In this document: piece by piece, positions 48,370-58,333 of the stretch
How the letters are laid out: every line of letters starts with the position of its first letter
Numbering within the stretch: the first letter of the stretch is position 1
Assembly (NCBI GenBank): GCA_045863335.1
Contig: BTVY01000040.1
Location: 1 to 64,000, forward strand
Source: Candidatus Hydrogenedentota bacterium
GTDB taxonomy: Bacteria > Hydrogenedentota > Hydrogenedentia > Hydrogenedentales > SLHB01
Length of the DNA stretch: 64,000 nt
Direction: 5' to 3'
The notes under the pieces: generated by a model
Told to the model about the DNA's origin: nothing
The model's database searches: none
What the model saw: only the letters and a program-made list of their open reading frames with translations
Program-made: the position numbers and the translations under genes

Positions 48370-49947
48370 CTACCGTATCGCGTGCAATTGTTCGAGCACG
48401 GCCAGGGATTCCTGATGAATCACCGGGGCCACCTTTGAGCCGCCGGAGTTTTCTTCGCCGTATTGCGGTTTGTCGGTGCGGCCGTAGGCGTAGGGCGGAT
48501 CGACGTCCCACTGCGTGCGGGGGATGATGTAGCCGATCTCGTCGTTGGCGAGACCGATCACCATATTGACCTTACCCTTCATCTGGGGTCGCAACGGCGG
48601 CACTTCAACCGGCGCGCCGGGGAAGTCGCCGCCTTCGGGCGATTCGATGCCACCTTCCACAATCTCGGGATAGATCTCGCCGGGGATCGTCAGGATTTCC
48701 AGGTCGCCGATGCGAATCGCGTTGATCTCCGTCTTGGCCTTGCCCCAGTACCAGCCGGGATGAATCAGGCCGAGCATGCAGGCGTAGCCGAACAGGCCTT
48801 CCATGGGAACGAAAATGGTCTTCGCCACCACCGCGACCTGCGGATTCTCCACGCGGGTAGCGCCGTCGCCAAGCTGGGACTTCACGACTTCGATGGCCAC
48901 GTTCTCGCCGAGGGCCTCGGCCTTCGGGAAGCTGTCCTCCTCGAACTTCTGCATGCCGTCGCGATGGGGCACGGTTGTGTGCAACTGGGTCATGAGACCA
49001 CCAACCATCCCCTGAAAGTAGAGGCACATGCCGCCCAGGGGCTCGACCCCGTTCGGGTCGCTGACGCCTGTCTCGACACCCTGACGCAGCCAATGGGGGA
49101 AGTCGGACGTAAGCAGCGAATTGCCGCCGCCCAGGGTTTCCACATGGTTCCCCCAGGAGACCATCGTCCCGATGGTCTCGTCCGTGCCATGTTTGACGAA
49201 GCGGGCGCTGCAAATATTGAGGTCGTAGACGATGGGCTTCCGGCTGTCGTCGACGAAGCCTTCGGGTTCGATGATCTTTTCCGCGAGGATCATGTCCGCC
49301 GGTTCGAGGTTGCGCACGGACTCCTCGATGGCCTCTTTGCAGGCCTGCTGGATCTGCTTCATGTACCCGTGGTCGAACTTGGGCCGAAACGGCGAGTAAC
49401 TCCAGATGCCCATGGTATCCGGCGCTTCGTGGTTGTGGCTCGTGGAAAACATGACGTGGTCGATGCCGAGCGCGGGGTCCAGCGACTTGCGCACGGCGAT
49501 AAACTTCTCGTGAAGAATCCCGATGCTATCGATGGTGACCATGGCGAGGGTGACGCCGTTGTTGCGCACCGCGATGGACCGGACCCAGAGCGGATCGTTC
49601 ACGCCTTTCGCCGGGCGGTTGTTCGAGAATCCCGCCATCCAGACCAGGTCCATCTTGCCGTTGCCGTTTGTGTCCTCCCAGGTGTCGCCCTTGTTTTCGT
49701 TGTACTTGCCATCGCCGTCGGCGTCCGTCCAGGAGTCGTACAGGGAGAGGTTGGGGGTGATATCCCGTTTGGCGACACCGACTTCCAGCACGCCCGGCGT
49801 GGCGGTGCTTCCGGCGGCCGGCTTGACAAGATCGGCGCGGTAGAACCGGTACGGCCCTTTCATCCGGTAGCCGAGGAAGGCAACCAGCAGCAGGACGATC
49901 AGGGCGATGGCAGACAGGATCTTGTGATTGGTGATAAACGCAGGCAT
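48370..49947 (-). CDS. Neutral/alkaline ceramidase-like hydrolase, membrane anchored
   Basis: VGVAKRDITP, MAGF, DPLWVR, SHNHEAPD, IPGEIYPE, GLANDEIGYI; ATG 49947. Confidence 0.75.
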   Translation of the reverse strand: MPAFITNHKILSAIALIVLLLVAFLGYRMKGPYRFYRADLVKPAAGSTATPGVLEVGVAKRDITPNLSLYDSWTDADGDGKYNENKGDTWEDTNGNGKMDLVWMAGFSNNRPAKGVNDPLWVRSIAVRNNGVTLAMVTIDSIGILHEKFIAVRKSLDPALGIDHVMFSTSHNHEAPDTMGIWSYSPFRPKFDHGYMKQIQQACKEAIEESVRNLEPADMILAEKIIEPEGFVDDSRKPIVYDLNICSARFVKHGTDETIGTMVSWGNHVETLGGGNSLLTSDFPHWLRQGVETGVSDPNGVEPLGGMCLYFQGMVGGLMTQLHTTVPHRDGMQKFEEDSFPKAEALGENVAIEVVKSQLGDGATRVENPQVAVVAKTIFVPMEGLFGYACMLGLIHPGWYWGKAKTEINAIRIGDLEILTIPGEIYPEIVEGGIESPEGGDFPGAPVEVPPLRPQMKGKVNMVIGLANDEIGYIIPRTQWDVDPPYAYGRTDKPQYGEENSGGSKVAPVIHQESLAVLEQLHAIR

Positions 49948-50152
49948 TTGGATACTTCTCCTATTCGGCCAGACTACCCGATTCCCGGCAAAGTTTGCAA
50001 AGCCCCCATCCCCAACAGGTTGGCCCGAAAAGGGGTTTAATTGGCGCTGAAAATGCGGTATAGTGAATACGTTACGCGAATCAGCGTCTGGTTTTGAGAG
50101 GAACAGATAGACGCCGAAGGGGGTTCGCCGGGCGTCCAGAGGTAAGCGTATC

Positions 50153-50395
50153 ATGATGGCTTCACAGAAGAAAGATTGGTTGGGTTTGGCGGTCAGCATC
50201 GGGCTGGCGGTCGTGTTGTCCGTGGGCGCGATCGCGACCTTCGGCGGCGCCGGCAACGCAGAGCGCGCGGATGGCGCATCCAGCATCGAAGTGCAAACAC
50301 CCGACCAAACCGGCACGATCGGCACCGACAAGGGCGTCAAGAAGTTCCAAACTACCGACGCCTACTCCCTGATGCCGGAGCACCGCGCCGAATAG
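50153..50395 (+). CDS. Small exported or membrane-anchored protein (80 aa)
   Basis: RBS GAGGT, N-terminal hydrophobic helix, terminator directly downstream. Confidence 0.6.
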   Translation: MMASQKKDWLGLAVSIGLAVVLSVGAIATFGGAGNAERADGASSIEVQTPDQTGTIGTDKGVKKFQTTDAYSLMPEHRAE

Positions 50396-50412
50396 TCTCC
50401 ATGTAACCTTTC

Positions 50413-50459
50413 ACTCCGGCAGTTCGCTTAAGAGAGTGCGCTGCCGGAGTTTTCTTTTT
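50413..50459 (+). terminator. Rho-independent terminator
   Basis: ACTCCGGCAG...CTGCCGGAGT stem followed by TTTCTTTTT. Confidence 0.7.
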
Positions 50460-50552
50460 GGGTCCATCGCGATCTACCATGCCCCGTTGCTTCACGACTT
50501 CAAAAAAACATCACCCTACACCTGCGTTGCGTGTTTTCGGAGGAATGAACAG

Positions 50553-51065
50553 ATGCCCAGGATGCAGATTGCGTTGCTTGTCGCCGGCGTTGCGGTTGTG
50601 GGAGCGGCGAGCGGATTCATGGCCTCGTGGATGTTTGGCGGTGTGGTGGTTGCCGCACCCGCCTACCTGGAAGCAAACGAATTCCGGCTGGTCGATACTT
50701 CCGGCGCGGTGCGTGGAAGCTTTGGCACCGACCCCGATGGCACGACGCGGCTGGTCGTTTCCGACGAAGACGGCGTTCCCCGGTTGTGGAGCGGCGTCAT
50801 GCCGGACGGCACGGCCATGATCAACTTGAACGACGATACCGGGAGTCCGCGCGTGTTTGTCCAAGTGAGCGGCACGGGTCCGCTGGTGGCCATGCGGGAC
50901 TCGCAGAACACGGGACGAATTTACCTGCAAGTCAGCGAGGACGAGCCGCTCGTCAACCTTCGCGACGCGAACAATCAGGGGCGTATCTTCATCAAGGTGG
51001 GCGAAGAAGGGCCGGCCATCTGGTTTAACGACGATCAAGGGCGCACCGTCTTCACGCAACGGTAG
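50553..51065 (+). CDS. Hypothetical membrane-anchored beta-repeat protein
   Basis: RBS GGAGG, N-terminal TM, about 22-aa repeats of the form L-x-D-x-x-G-x-x-R. Confidence 0.7.
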   Translation: MPRMQIALLVAGVAVVGAASGFMASWMFGGVVVAAPAYLEANEFRLVDTSGAVRGSFGTDPDGTTRLVVSDEDGVPRLWSGVMPDGTAMINLNDDTGSPRVFVQVSGTGPLVAMRDSQNTGRIYLQVSEDEPLVNLRDANNQGRIFIKVGEEGPAIWFNDDQGRTVFTQR

Positions 51066-51076
51066 CGGAGAAGAAG

Positions 51077-51159
51077 AATGGAGACAGGCACCAATTTCCT
51101 TCTCCGCGCCTGTACTTTCTACGCGGCGATTCAAAAGGAAATTGGCGCCTGTCCCCATT
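51077..51159. repeat. Long inverted repeat, REP-like family B
   Basis: AATGGAGACAGGCACCAATTTCCTT and AAGGAAATTGGCGCCTGTCCCCATT. Confidence 0.7.
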
Positions 51160-51217
51160 TTTCCTTTGTTCCCGCGCAGCGATTGACGGATCGCCGGAAG
51201 AGGTCTAAGCTGAAGTT

Positions 51218-52291
51218 ATGAACCCTCGCTGCTTCTATAGCTTATCGGCGATTGCATTCCTTGTTTATTCGCTACCCGTCTATTCTGCCGAACCAGATCC
51301 TGCGCAACTGGAGCGCAATCATGCCGTGACGGACATCATCCCGGAGGGGTACTTCCAGGAATCCTATGTCCACAGCGCTATGGCGACCTATTTCGAGATC
51401 GTGGTCTACGGCGATCGCGAAAAGGACTCGCCCGACCAGTTCGCCCGCGCGGCGGAGGAGGCCTTCAAAACCATCGACAGCCTGGAGGCGCGCATGAGCA
51501 GTTGGGTGCGCAGCAGCCAGACGTCGCGGGTAAATCGAGAGGCGGCGGAACGCCCCATCCGCGTCGCGCCGGATGTATTCGCCATGTATGAGGCATCGCG
51601 AAAGCTTTACGAGGAAACGAACGGGGCCTTCGACGTCACCGTCGGCCCCCTCATCGATCTCTGGCGAACCTGCCGCGAGGAAAAACGATTGCCCACCGAG
51701 TCCGAACTTGCGGCCGCCCGCGGTGTCACAGGGTTTGACAAGGTCACCCTTGATGCCGAAGAGCGAACGGTGTCCTTTTCTAAGCCCGGTCTGCGGATGA
51801 ACTTCGGCGGGATCGGCAAAGGGTTCGCCCTCGACCGGGCGGCGGAGGTGCTGCGCGGTTACGGCATCCGGATGGCCATACTCCACGGCGGTTCGAGCAC
51901 GATCCTGGCCATGGGTGCGCCGCCGGACAAACCGGGGTGGACCGTTCGCGTGAGTCACCCGGTGAACGAAGAGGAAGACATCGCGACCTTCACCCTGTGC
52001 AACGAGTCCTTGTCCACGTCGGGTCACCTGATCGACGTGGTGGAAATAGACGGCAAGGAGTACGGCCATATCATCAACCCGGCAACGGGAATGCCCGTGC
52101 AGGGAATCGCGATGACCATGGCCATCGCCCCGACAGGAACGGAAACGGATGGACTGAGCACGGCCTTCTTCGTGATGGGCTTGGAGGGGACCGAGCGCTA
52201 CTGCCGGGATCACCCCGGGGTGCGCGCGGTCCTGATTCCCGATTCCGAAACCGGGAAGTTCGAACTCATCCGGATTGGCTTCAGCGAATGA
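51218..52291 (+). CDS. apbE: FAD:protein FMN transferase
   Basis: AMAT, GAFDVTVGPLIDLW, FGGIGKGFALD, STSG, YGHIINPATG, DGLSTAFFVMG. Confidence 0.92.
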   Translation: MNPRCFYSLSAIAFLVYSLPVYSAEPDPAQLERNHAVTDIIPEGYFQESYVHSAMATYFEIVVYGDREKDSPDQFARAAEEAFKTIDSLEARMSSWVRSSQTSRVNREAAERPIRVAPDVFAMYEASRKLYEETNGAFDVTVGPLIDLWRTCREEKRLPTESELAAARGVTGFDKVTLDAEERTVSFSKPGLRMNFGGIGKGFALDRAAEVLRGYGIRMAILHGGSSTILAMGAPPDKPGWTVRVSHPVNEEEDIATFTLCNESLSTSGHLIDVVEIDGKEYGHIINPATGMPVQGIAMTMAIAPTGTETDGLSTAFFVMGLEGTERYCRDHPGVRAVLIPDSETGKFELIRIGFSE

Positions 52292-52390
52292 GAGGAGCCG
52301 AAAGGGACTGACGCCATCTTTCGCGAAGGCTTCGCGAAGCGAAACATGGCGTTTTCCCCTCTCCCAGGCCTGGGAGGAAAGGAGCCGGAC

Positions 52391-53863
52391 ATGGGTACGA
52401 AACTCTCGCGACGCAATTTTTTCAAGGCCACAGGCGCGACGGCGGGGGTGGCCGTTGCCGCCGGCTGGTCTCCCTTCTCCTACGCGCAGAACGAAAAAGT
52501 GCGCGTGGCCCTCATCGGAACCGGCAGCCAGAACTGCCTCCACATCGAGGACGGACTCACCGGCGCGCAGGACATTGAGATCGTCGCGCTCGCCGACTGT
52601 CTGCTCTACAACCTCGGGCTGGGATGGACGACCGCTGGGAAAGATCCCGAACTCAAGAATCACCTCTACATCGATTACCCGGAGATGTTGGAGAAGGAAG
52701 CGGACAACATCGACGCGGTGATCATCGCGACTCCCTTCAAGACGCACTACCAAATCGTGATGGACTGTCTCGACGCGGGCTTTCCGGTCTTCTGCGAAAA
52801 GACTATGGCGCACACTTATGAGTGTTGCCGGAATATCGTGACGAAATGTCACGAAACCGGACTGTTCGTACAGGTCGGCCACCAGCGCCGGTTCAACCCC
52901 GAATACAACTATGCGGCCACCCAGATGTTGCAGCAGAGAAAACTCGGTCGCGTGGGGTTCATCGAAGCCCAGTGGCACCGGAACGATGCCTGGCGACGTC
53001 CGCTGCCGATGCGAAAAGATGGTTCACCGTACGAACTGAACGCCGCCGAAAAAAGATGGATCCCCGATCTTGAGAAGCACGTTAACTGGCGGATCTACGA
53101 AGAGTACTCGTCTGGACTGCTCAGCGAACTGGCCACGCACCATCTCGAAGTCGTGAACTTTCTGCTCGGCACGATGCCCTCGCGCGTCTGGGGTACGGGG
53201 GGACTCGACTACTGGCGTGACGGCCGCGACACCTTCGACAACCTCACGGTCACCTACGAATACGACATGTCGAAACGGGATCATGGATTCGGGACGGTCG
53301 ATGCCAAGATCGAAGAGCAGGACCCGCGCAAGGTCAACCAGCCGTATTCCGTGCGCGTTACCTGGTCGGGGATGCTGCAGAGCGCCAAGAAGGGCGCTTC
53401 CATGCTCGTCGTCGGCGACGAGGGAACCTACGAATTGCGCGAACGGTGGACCCTGGAAACGCCCGGTTGTGTCTTCTTCCCGGAACCGGTGAAGGTTTGG
53501 CTGGACCCGGAAACGCTGCAACCCACCACCGACAAACAAATCATCGAATGGATCAAGGCCACGCGACAATCGCAGAAGTACTCGCGCTGGGACGAACAGG
53601 ACCCCGTGCCGTTCGAAAAGCTTATGGATGCGTCCTGGTTCGACATCACCCCCGACACGCGCCAGTTCCAGGCCTTCGCGAAACACATCAAGGAAGGCGG
53701 CAAACCGCGCACCAACGAGATGGTCGGCCTTATGGCGTCCGTGTGCGACATCGCCGGCCACGAAGCGGTCACCACGAAGCAACTGGTGGAGATCGATCCG
53801 GCGGTGTACACGTTTGATTTCGAGACGCCCAATCCGTTCGAGTACGAGACGATCGAAGCGTAA
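52391..53863 (+). CDS. Gfo/Idh/MocA oxidoreductase, Tat-exported
   Basis: SRRNFFK, IGTGSQ, FCEKT, GHQRR, NWRIY, ELATH. Confidence 0.9.
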   Translation: MGTKLSRRNFFKATGATAGVAVAAGWSPFSYAQNEKVRVALIGTGSQNCLHIEDGLTGAQDIEIVALADCLLYNLGLGWTTAGKDPELKNHLYIDYPEMLEKEADNIDAVIIATPFKTHYQIVMDCLDAGFPVFCEKTMAHTYECCRNIVTKCHETGLFVQVGHQRRFNPEYNYAATQMLQQRKLGRVGFIEAQWHRNDAWRRPLPMRKDGSPYELNAAEKRWIPDLEKHVNWRIYEEYSSGLLSELATHHLEVVNFLLGTMPSRVWGTGGLDYWRDGRDTFDNLTVTYEYDMSKRDHGFGTVDAKIEEQDPRKVNQPYSVRVTWSGMLQSAKKGASMLVVGDEGTYELRERWTLETPGCVFFPEPVKVWLDPETLQPTTDKQIIEWIKATRQSQKYSRWDEQDPVPFEKLMDASWFDITPDTRQFQAFAKHIKEGGKPRTNEMVGLMASVCDIAGHEAVTTKQLVEIDPAVYTFDFETPNPFEYETIEA

Positions 53864-54128
53864 GGCGGACCGGGTTTCGGACTCGATTCAAGATGGGATT
53901 CAAACGTATTTCAGATCTCGAATTTGAAATCTGAAATGCATTTGGGTGCGGAAAAGAGTCGTTAGCACCATTGCAGGGTTATCACGATTAACGGTTAGTC
54001 TCGGCCGGGCCGCTCAACGTTTGTCAATGGTACCAACCCTCCCGTACCTATTTCGCAATTCGCACCCAACCGTGTACTCTGTTCGGGCAGTCTATTTGAC
54101 GAATGATACCTGGACGGAGGCGCACCCA

Positions 54129-55541
54129 ATGAAACCGACACGCCGGGAGTTTTTGCAGACCGCAGGAATTGCGGCCGCCGGACTGGCGGCGGGCGCGTGC
54201 GCAAGCACGACCACAACATCCACCGCCAAACCGCCGAACATCCTGTTCTTCTTCCCGGACCAGCACCGGTACGACTGGGTGGGGGCGAACAGTGCCATTG
54301 GCGTGCCCACGCCGCACCTGGATGCTCTGGGCGCGCGCGGCGTCCGGTTCGAGCGGGCCTACTGCGCATCGCCCTTGTGCGCGCCGTCGCGGGCCTGTCT
54401 CGCGCTGGGCGTCGAGTACGACCGCTGCGGCGTGCCATCCAACAAAGAGGACCTCGCGCGCGGCGCGGATACCTTCTACACCCGCCTCCGCGCGGCGGGG
54501 TATCACGTCACGGGCTGCGGCAAGTTCGACCTGAACAAGGGCGAGCAGAAATGGGGCTTGGACGGCGCGTACCGGGTCGACGAGTGGGGATTCTCGAAGG
54601 GTGTCAACAGCGCGGGGAAATGGGATGCCATCCGGGCGGGGTCGAATCTACCGGCCGACCCGTACATGAAGTACCTGCACGACCACGATCTGGCGGCGAC
54701 GCACGTGGCCGATTTCCAGAACCGTCGCGGCGATCCGAACCGGGCATACTCGTTCACCGATCCGACGCCGCTGCCCGAAAATGCCTATTGCGACAATTGG
54801 ATCGCGCAGAACGGGCTCGATCTCATTGCGGTGGCGCCGGAGGATCGGCCGTGGTTCCTGCAAATCAATTTTGCGGGACCCCATGCGCCAATGGACATCA
54901 CGGCGCGCATGGAGGCCGCCTGCCGGGGCGTCACGCATCCGCAGCCCAACCGCAACACGGAGTTTCCGCAGGATATTCACAATGCGATCCGCCAGAACTA
55001 CTCGGCCATGGTCACCAACATCGACCGCTGGCTCGGCGTCTATATCGATGCGTTGCGGGATCGGGGCGAACTCGACAATACGCTCATCGTCTTCAGCAGC
55101 GACCACGGCGAGATGCTCGGCGACCACGATCTCTGGGGCAAATCGAAACCCCATGAGCCGTCCGTGGGCGTACCCCTGGTCATCGCCGGGCCGGGCGTAC
55201 GAGAAGGGGTGGAGAGCAACGCGCTGGTAAGCATCATGGATCTCGCGGCGACGTTTCTCGACTGTGGACAGGTCTCCGTGCCGGAAACGATGGACAGCCA
55301 GTCGCTGCTGCCGCTGTTGCGCGGGGAGACCGCATCCCACCGCGATCATCTGCTGTCCGGGCTCGGTTCGTTCCGCGTCGTTCGAGACGGCCGGTACAAA
55401 CTGGTGACCGGGTATCCCGACGCCGATTCGGTCGCGCTCTACGATTTGGAGAACGACCCGCTGGAGAACGAAAACATCGCCGCGGACGCGCCCGGCCAGG
55501 TGGAACGGTTGCGGCAATTGCTGGCAGCGGCCTGGGCTTAG
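54129..55541 (+). CDS. Formylglycine-dependent sulfatase, Tat-exported
   Basis: TRREFL, PNILFFFPDQHR, LCAPSRA (CxPxR), GPHAP, SSDHGEMLGDH, LYDLENDPLE. Confidence 0.92.
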   Translation: MKPTRREFLQTAGIAAAGLAAGACASTTTTSTAKPPNILFFFPDQHRYDWVGANSAIGVPTPHLDALGARGVRFERAYCASPLCAPSRACLALGVEYDRCGVPSNKEDLARGADTFYTRLRAAGYHVTGCGKFDLNKGEQKWGLDGAYRVDEWGFSKGVNSAGKWDAIRAGSNLPADPYMKYLHDHDLAATHVADFQNRRGDPNRAYSFTDPTPLPENAYCDNWIAQNGLDLIAVAPEDRPWFLQINFAGPHAPMDITARMEAACRGVTHPQPNRNTEFPQDIHNAIRQNYSAMVTNIDRWLGVYIDALRDRGELDNTLIVFSSDHGEMLGDHDLWGKSKPHEPSVGVPLVIAGPGVREGVESNALVSIMDLAATFLDCGQVSVPETMDSQSLLPLLRGETASHRDHLLSGLGSFRVVRDGRYKLVTGYPDADSVALYDLENDPLENENIAADAPGQVERLRQLLAAAWA

Positions 55542-55592
55542 ATATCGACAATCCTACGTCCAGGATACGTGCGAAGAGCTTGGCACAAGCAA

Positions 55593-55745
55593 ACATCCCC
55601 CTTCGAAGGGGGAGTGCTAAGCAACGCTTCGCGCTGCTAAGAACCAGATCCGTATCCTTGGGTACGTATCCAGCATGGTGCGCCCACTCAGAGACAGCTT
55701 TCGGCAAATTCCCCCTTTGAAGGGGGACCGAGGGGGATGTTCTTC
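55593..55745. repeat. Inverted-pair repeat element, family E
   Basis: Arms at 55593-55615 and 55707-55745, between convergent genes. Confidence 0.78.
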
Positions 55746-55796
55746 AGGTGGGAAAGCAGGATTTGAAACGGTCTCCGTAATCGCGGAGCGTTGTAC

Positions 55797-57815
55797 TTAG
55801 CCCGACAACTTCTGCTCGCAATAGGCTTTCAGTTTCTGCGTCGCTTCGTCTTGCGGCGCGAGGGCGATGGCTTGCTCGAACTGGTCCAGCGCTTTCCGGT
55901 ATTGGCCATCGCGCAGATACACCTTGCCCAGGTTCCGGCGCGCCACGACAAAATGCGGGTCCACGTCGCACGCGGCGCTGAAGTATTCGATTGCCTTTGC
56001 GGTGAGGCCGTACTCCGCCGCTGCGCTGCCGAGATTGTTGAGCCCGAAGGCATCGGCGCGTGAGAAGTGCGCGGCGAGATCGAAAGCCTCGATGCCCTCC
56101 TCGCGCTGCCCCTCGTCCAGAAGCGTGCGACCTCGCGCAAAATGGACGTCAAAGAGAATCAGTTCCGCCGTCCAATCGCCGTGGATGTCCGTTTCGTCCA
56201 GGGAATGCCACTTGTAGGCATTCCAAGTGGGCGGTTGGGTAACTTCCATGCCGGGAGGGGTGTATCGATACAACAACCCGGTGTTCGCGGTGACCGCATC
56301 CTCTACCGATCGCTTTGCGGTTGAGTACACGGGCCGCCCGCTCTCGTGAACGAGCCAATGAAGAATGACGGCCTCGTCCGCTTCGGTCGGGCGTTTGGAA
56401 AAGGTCCGCTTGACGTTTTCGGGCATGGCGCTGTAGACCTTTTCGACGGGATAGCCGTAGGGATTGGCGATGGTGACGTCCGGGCGAAGATCTTCGACGA
56501 TCTGCAAATACATGGCGGAGAACAGGGCGTGGTCGCTGTCTCCGAAAAAGATGGCGCCGGGTGCCAGCGTGTTCATGACATTGTGGGCGTAGTCGTCTAC
56601 GAAGTAATACCGGCTCTTGTCGTTCTGCTGGAAGTGGGTGGCCAAGGGAAGGGCCGACGCGGTGAGGGTCAGCGTGACGGCGAGCACCCGTTGCAGAACG
56701 CGGCTGGCCGGCAGCGATGTGACCGCCGCAATGATGGCGCCGAGGAAGATGGCTGCGATGAGATATGCGGGAATCCAGTAGGTCGTGTTGATCCAGATTG
56801 CCATGCGATCGAACCCGAAGTTCGGGATGAGAATGGCCCCGATCGCGAACGCGAGAAACAATAGAGTCAGTAGAATGGCCGGACCGGGCCGTTTGCGCGC
56901 GAGTAGCACGATCCCCACTGGCACGAGCCAACCGATGCCGGTTGTGAATTGTTGCGAATAGATCCCCGCAAAGACTTGGAGTTGCTCCATGAACCGGGGC
57001 AGCGAGCGCGGTCCGTCGGTCATGATAAACGTGTACTGCGCGCGCGTCACCACGTCCCAGAAGTTGCTGAGCGTTTCCGGGTTTCCCCAATCCATGGGCG
57101 GGTTCGCCATGGAGCGGATGGGCAGGTAGAGATGGACCAGAAGTAGCCCGGCGCAAGACGCGGCGAAGGCGCGCGTGTACGTCCACAGGCTCTCTCGCGA
57201 AATGCCGCCGATGACCAGCGCGTAGAGCGCGATCACCGGCACGGCCAGCGCGATGATGCTGTGGTTGCCGATGCCGAGGCCGAGGCACAATCCGCAGACA
57301 ATGAGCAAGCCCGGCCGGCGTTCGTCCTGCCAGCGAAGCGCGAGCAGGATGCAAAGCGCGATTAGGTATGCATTCAGCGAGTAGACTTCCGCGATAACGC
57401 TCTGCTCCCAGAACTCGAAGGAGAACGCAAGCGCAAGCGCGCCTGCTACCGCCGCCCAACGATTGCGTGTGAGCTTGATGATGATAAGCGTGACGACGTA
57501 GACGGTTGCTGCCGAGAAGAAGGCCGACATGAATGCGACACGCCAGGCGACGCTGTTGAACGGCAACAACTCGATGAAAAGTTTGCCCAGAACGCACCAG
57601 AGGGGATAGCCCGTCGGGTGGGGGATTCCCAGGGTGTAGGCGGCCGCGATGAGTTCGCCGCTGTCCTCTCCGGTGACTGTCGGCGCAAGCGTCCGTAAGT
57701 ACACGGCCAGTGCGGCCACGGCCGTGAATGCCGCCACCGTATAATCATCGAGATCGAATGGCCGGTTCGGACGCCGGTCTTCTTCGCTTTCATCGACTTC
57801 CTGTATGACGTCCAT
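55797..57815 (-). CDS. DUF2723/TMEM260-like GT-C protein O-glycosyltransferase with C-terminal TPRs
   Basis: TLAPTVTGEDSGEL, GIPHPTGYPLW, AEVYSLN, YLPIRS..P.DWGNP, TPR tail. Confidence 0.88.
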   Translation of the reverse strand: MDVIQEVDESEEDRRPNRPFDLDDYTVAAFTAVAALAVYLRTLAPTVTGEDSGELIAAAYTLGIPHPTGYPLWCVLGKLFIELLPFNSVAWRVAFMSAFFSAATVYVVTLIIIKLTRNRWAAVAGALALAFSFEFWEQSVIAEVYSLNAYLIALCILLALRWQDERRPGLLIVCGLCLGLGIGNHSIIALAVPVIALYALVIGGISRESLWTYTRAFAASCAGLLLVHLYLPIRSMANPPMDWGNPETLSNFWDVVTRAQYTFIMTDGPRSLPRFMEQLQVFAGIYSQQFTTGIGWLVPVGIVLLARKRPGPAILLTLLFLAFAIGAILIPNFGFDRMAIWINTTYWIPAYLIAAIFLGAIIAAVTSLPASRVLQRVLAVTLTLTASALPLATHFQQNDKSRYYFVDDYAHNVMNTLAPGAIFFGDSDHALFSAMYLQIVEDLRPDVTIANPYGYPVEKVYSAMPENVKRTFSKRPTEADEAVILHWLVHESGRPVYSTAKRSVEDAVTANTGLLYRYTPPGMEVTQPPTWNAYKWHSLDETDIHGDWTAELILFDVHFARGRTLLDEGQREEGIEAFDLAAHFSRADAFGLNNLGSAAAEYGLTAKAIEYFSAACDVDPHFVVARRNLGKVYLRDGQYRKALDQFEQAIALAPQDEATQKLKAYCEQKLSG

Positions 57816-57834
57816 CTCCCGTGCCCGCGAGCCG

Positions 57835-58239
57835 TCAATCTTGCTTGACCCATTGCACGAACTCGATCACGTTGTTGTCAGGATCGCTCAGATAAACCCA
57901 CTTCACCAGCCCCGGCGTGTCGAAGGGTCCGTCGACCACAGGGACTCCGGCTGCCTTGGCCTTCGCCAGCAACCCGTCGAGGTCGTCGGTACCCAGCGCA
58001 AGATGCGGCGTGTAGGGCGGCTCGATGTCGCGTTGTTCCATGGGTACAGGATTCCCGTGCGCGTCGAGAAGTTGCAGGAGTTCCAGGTTGCCGCCTTCGA
58101 GTTCGAGATATGCGAAGGCCTCGCGCATCTCCGGGTCCACCTTCTTGAACATAAACGGGAGTCCGAGTTTCTCGGTATAGAACGCGATGGACGCATCCAG
58201 ATCCGAGACGCGAAAGGCAAAGTGATCCGAACGAAACAT
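57835..58239 (-). CDS. VOC/glyoxalase family protein
   Basis: DHFAFRVSDLDASIAFY, LELL, HLALGTDD, DPDNNVIEF. Confidence 0.9.
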   Translation of the reverse strand: MFRSDHFAFRVSDLDASIAFYTEKLGLPFMFKKVDPEMREAFAYLELEGGNLELLQLLDAHGNPVPMEQRDIEPPYTPHLALGTDDLDGLLAKAKAAGVPVVDGPFDTPGLVKWVYLSDPDNNVIEFVQWVKQD

Positions 58240-58333
58240 GGGCCATACTCCTGAAAAGGTCTAGCGCTACGGAGTCGAAGCGCGATCAATGTACCGCATG
58301 CGTGAGAAGGATGGAAGTTCGCGCGCATTTGCG

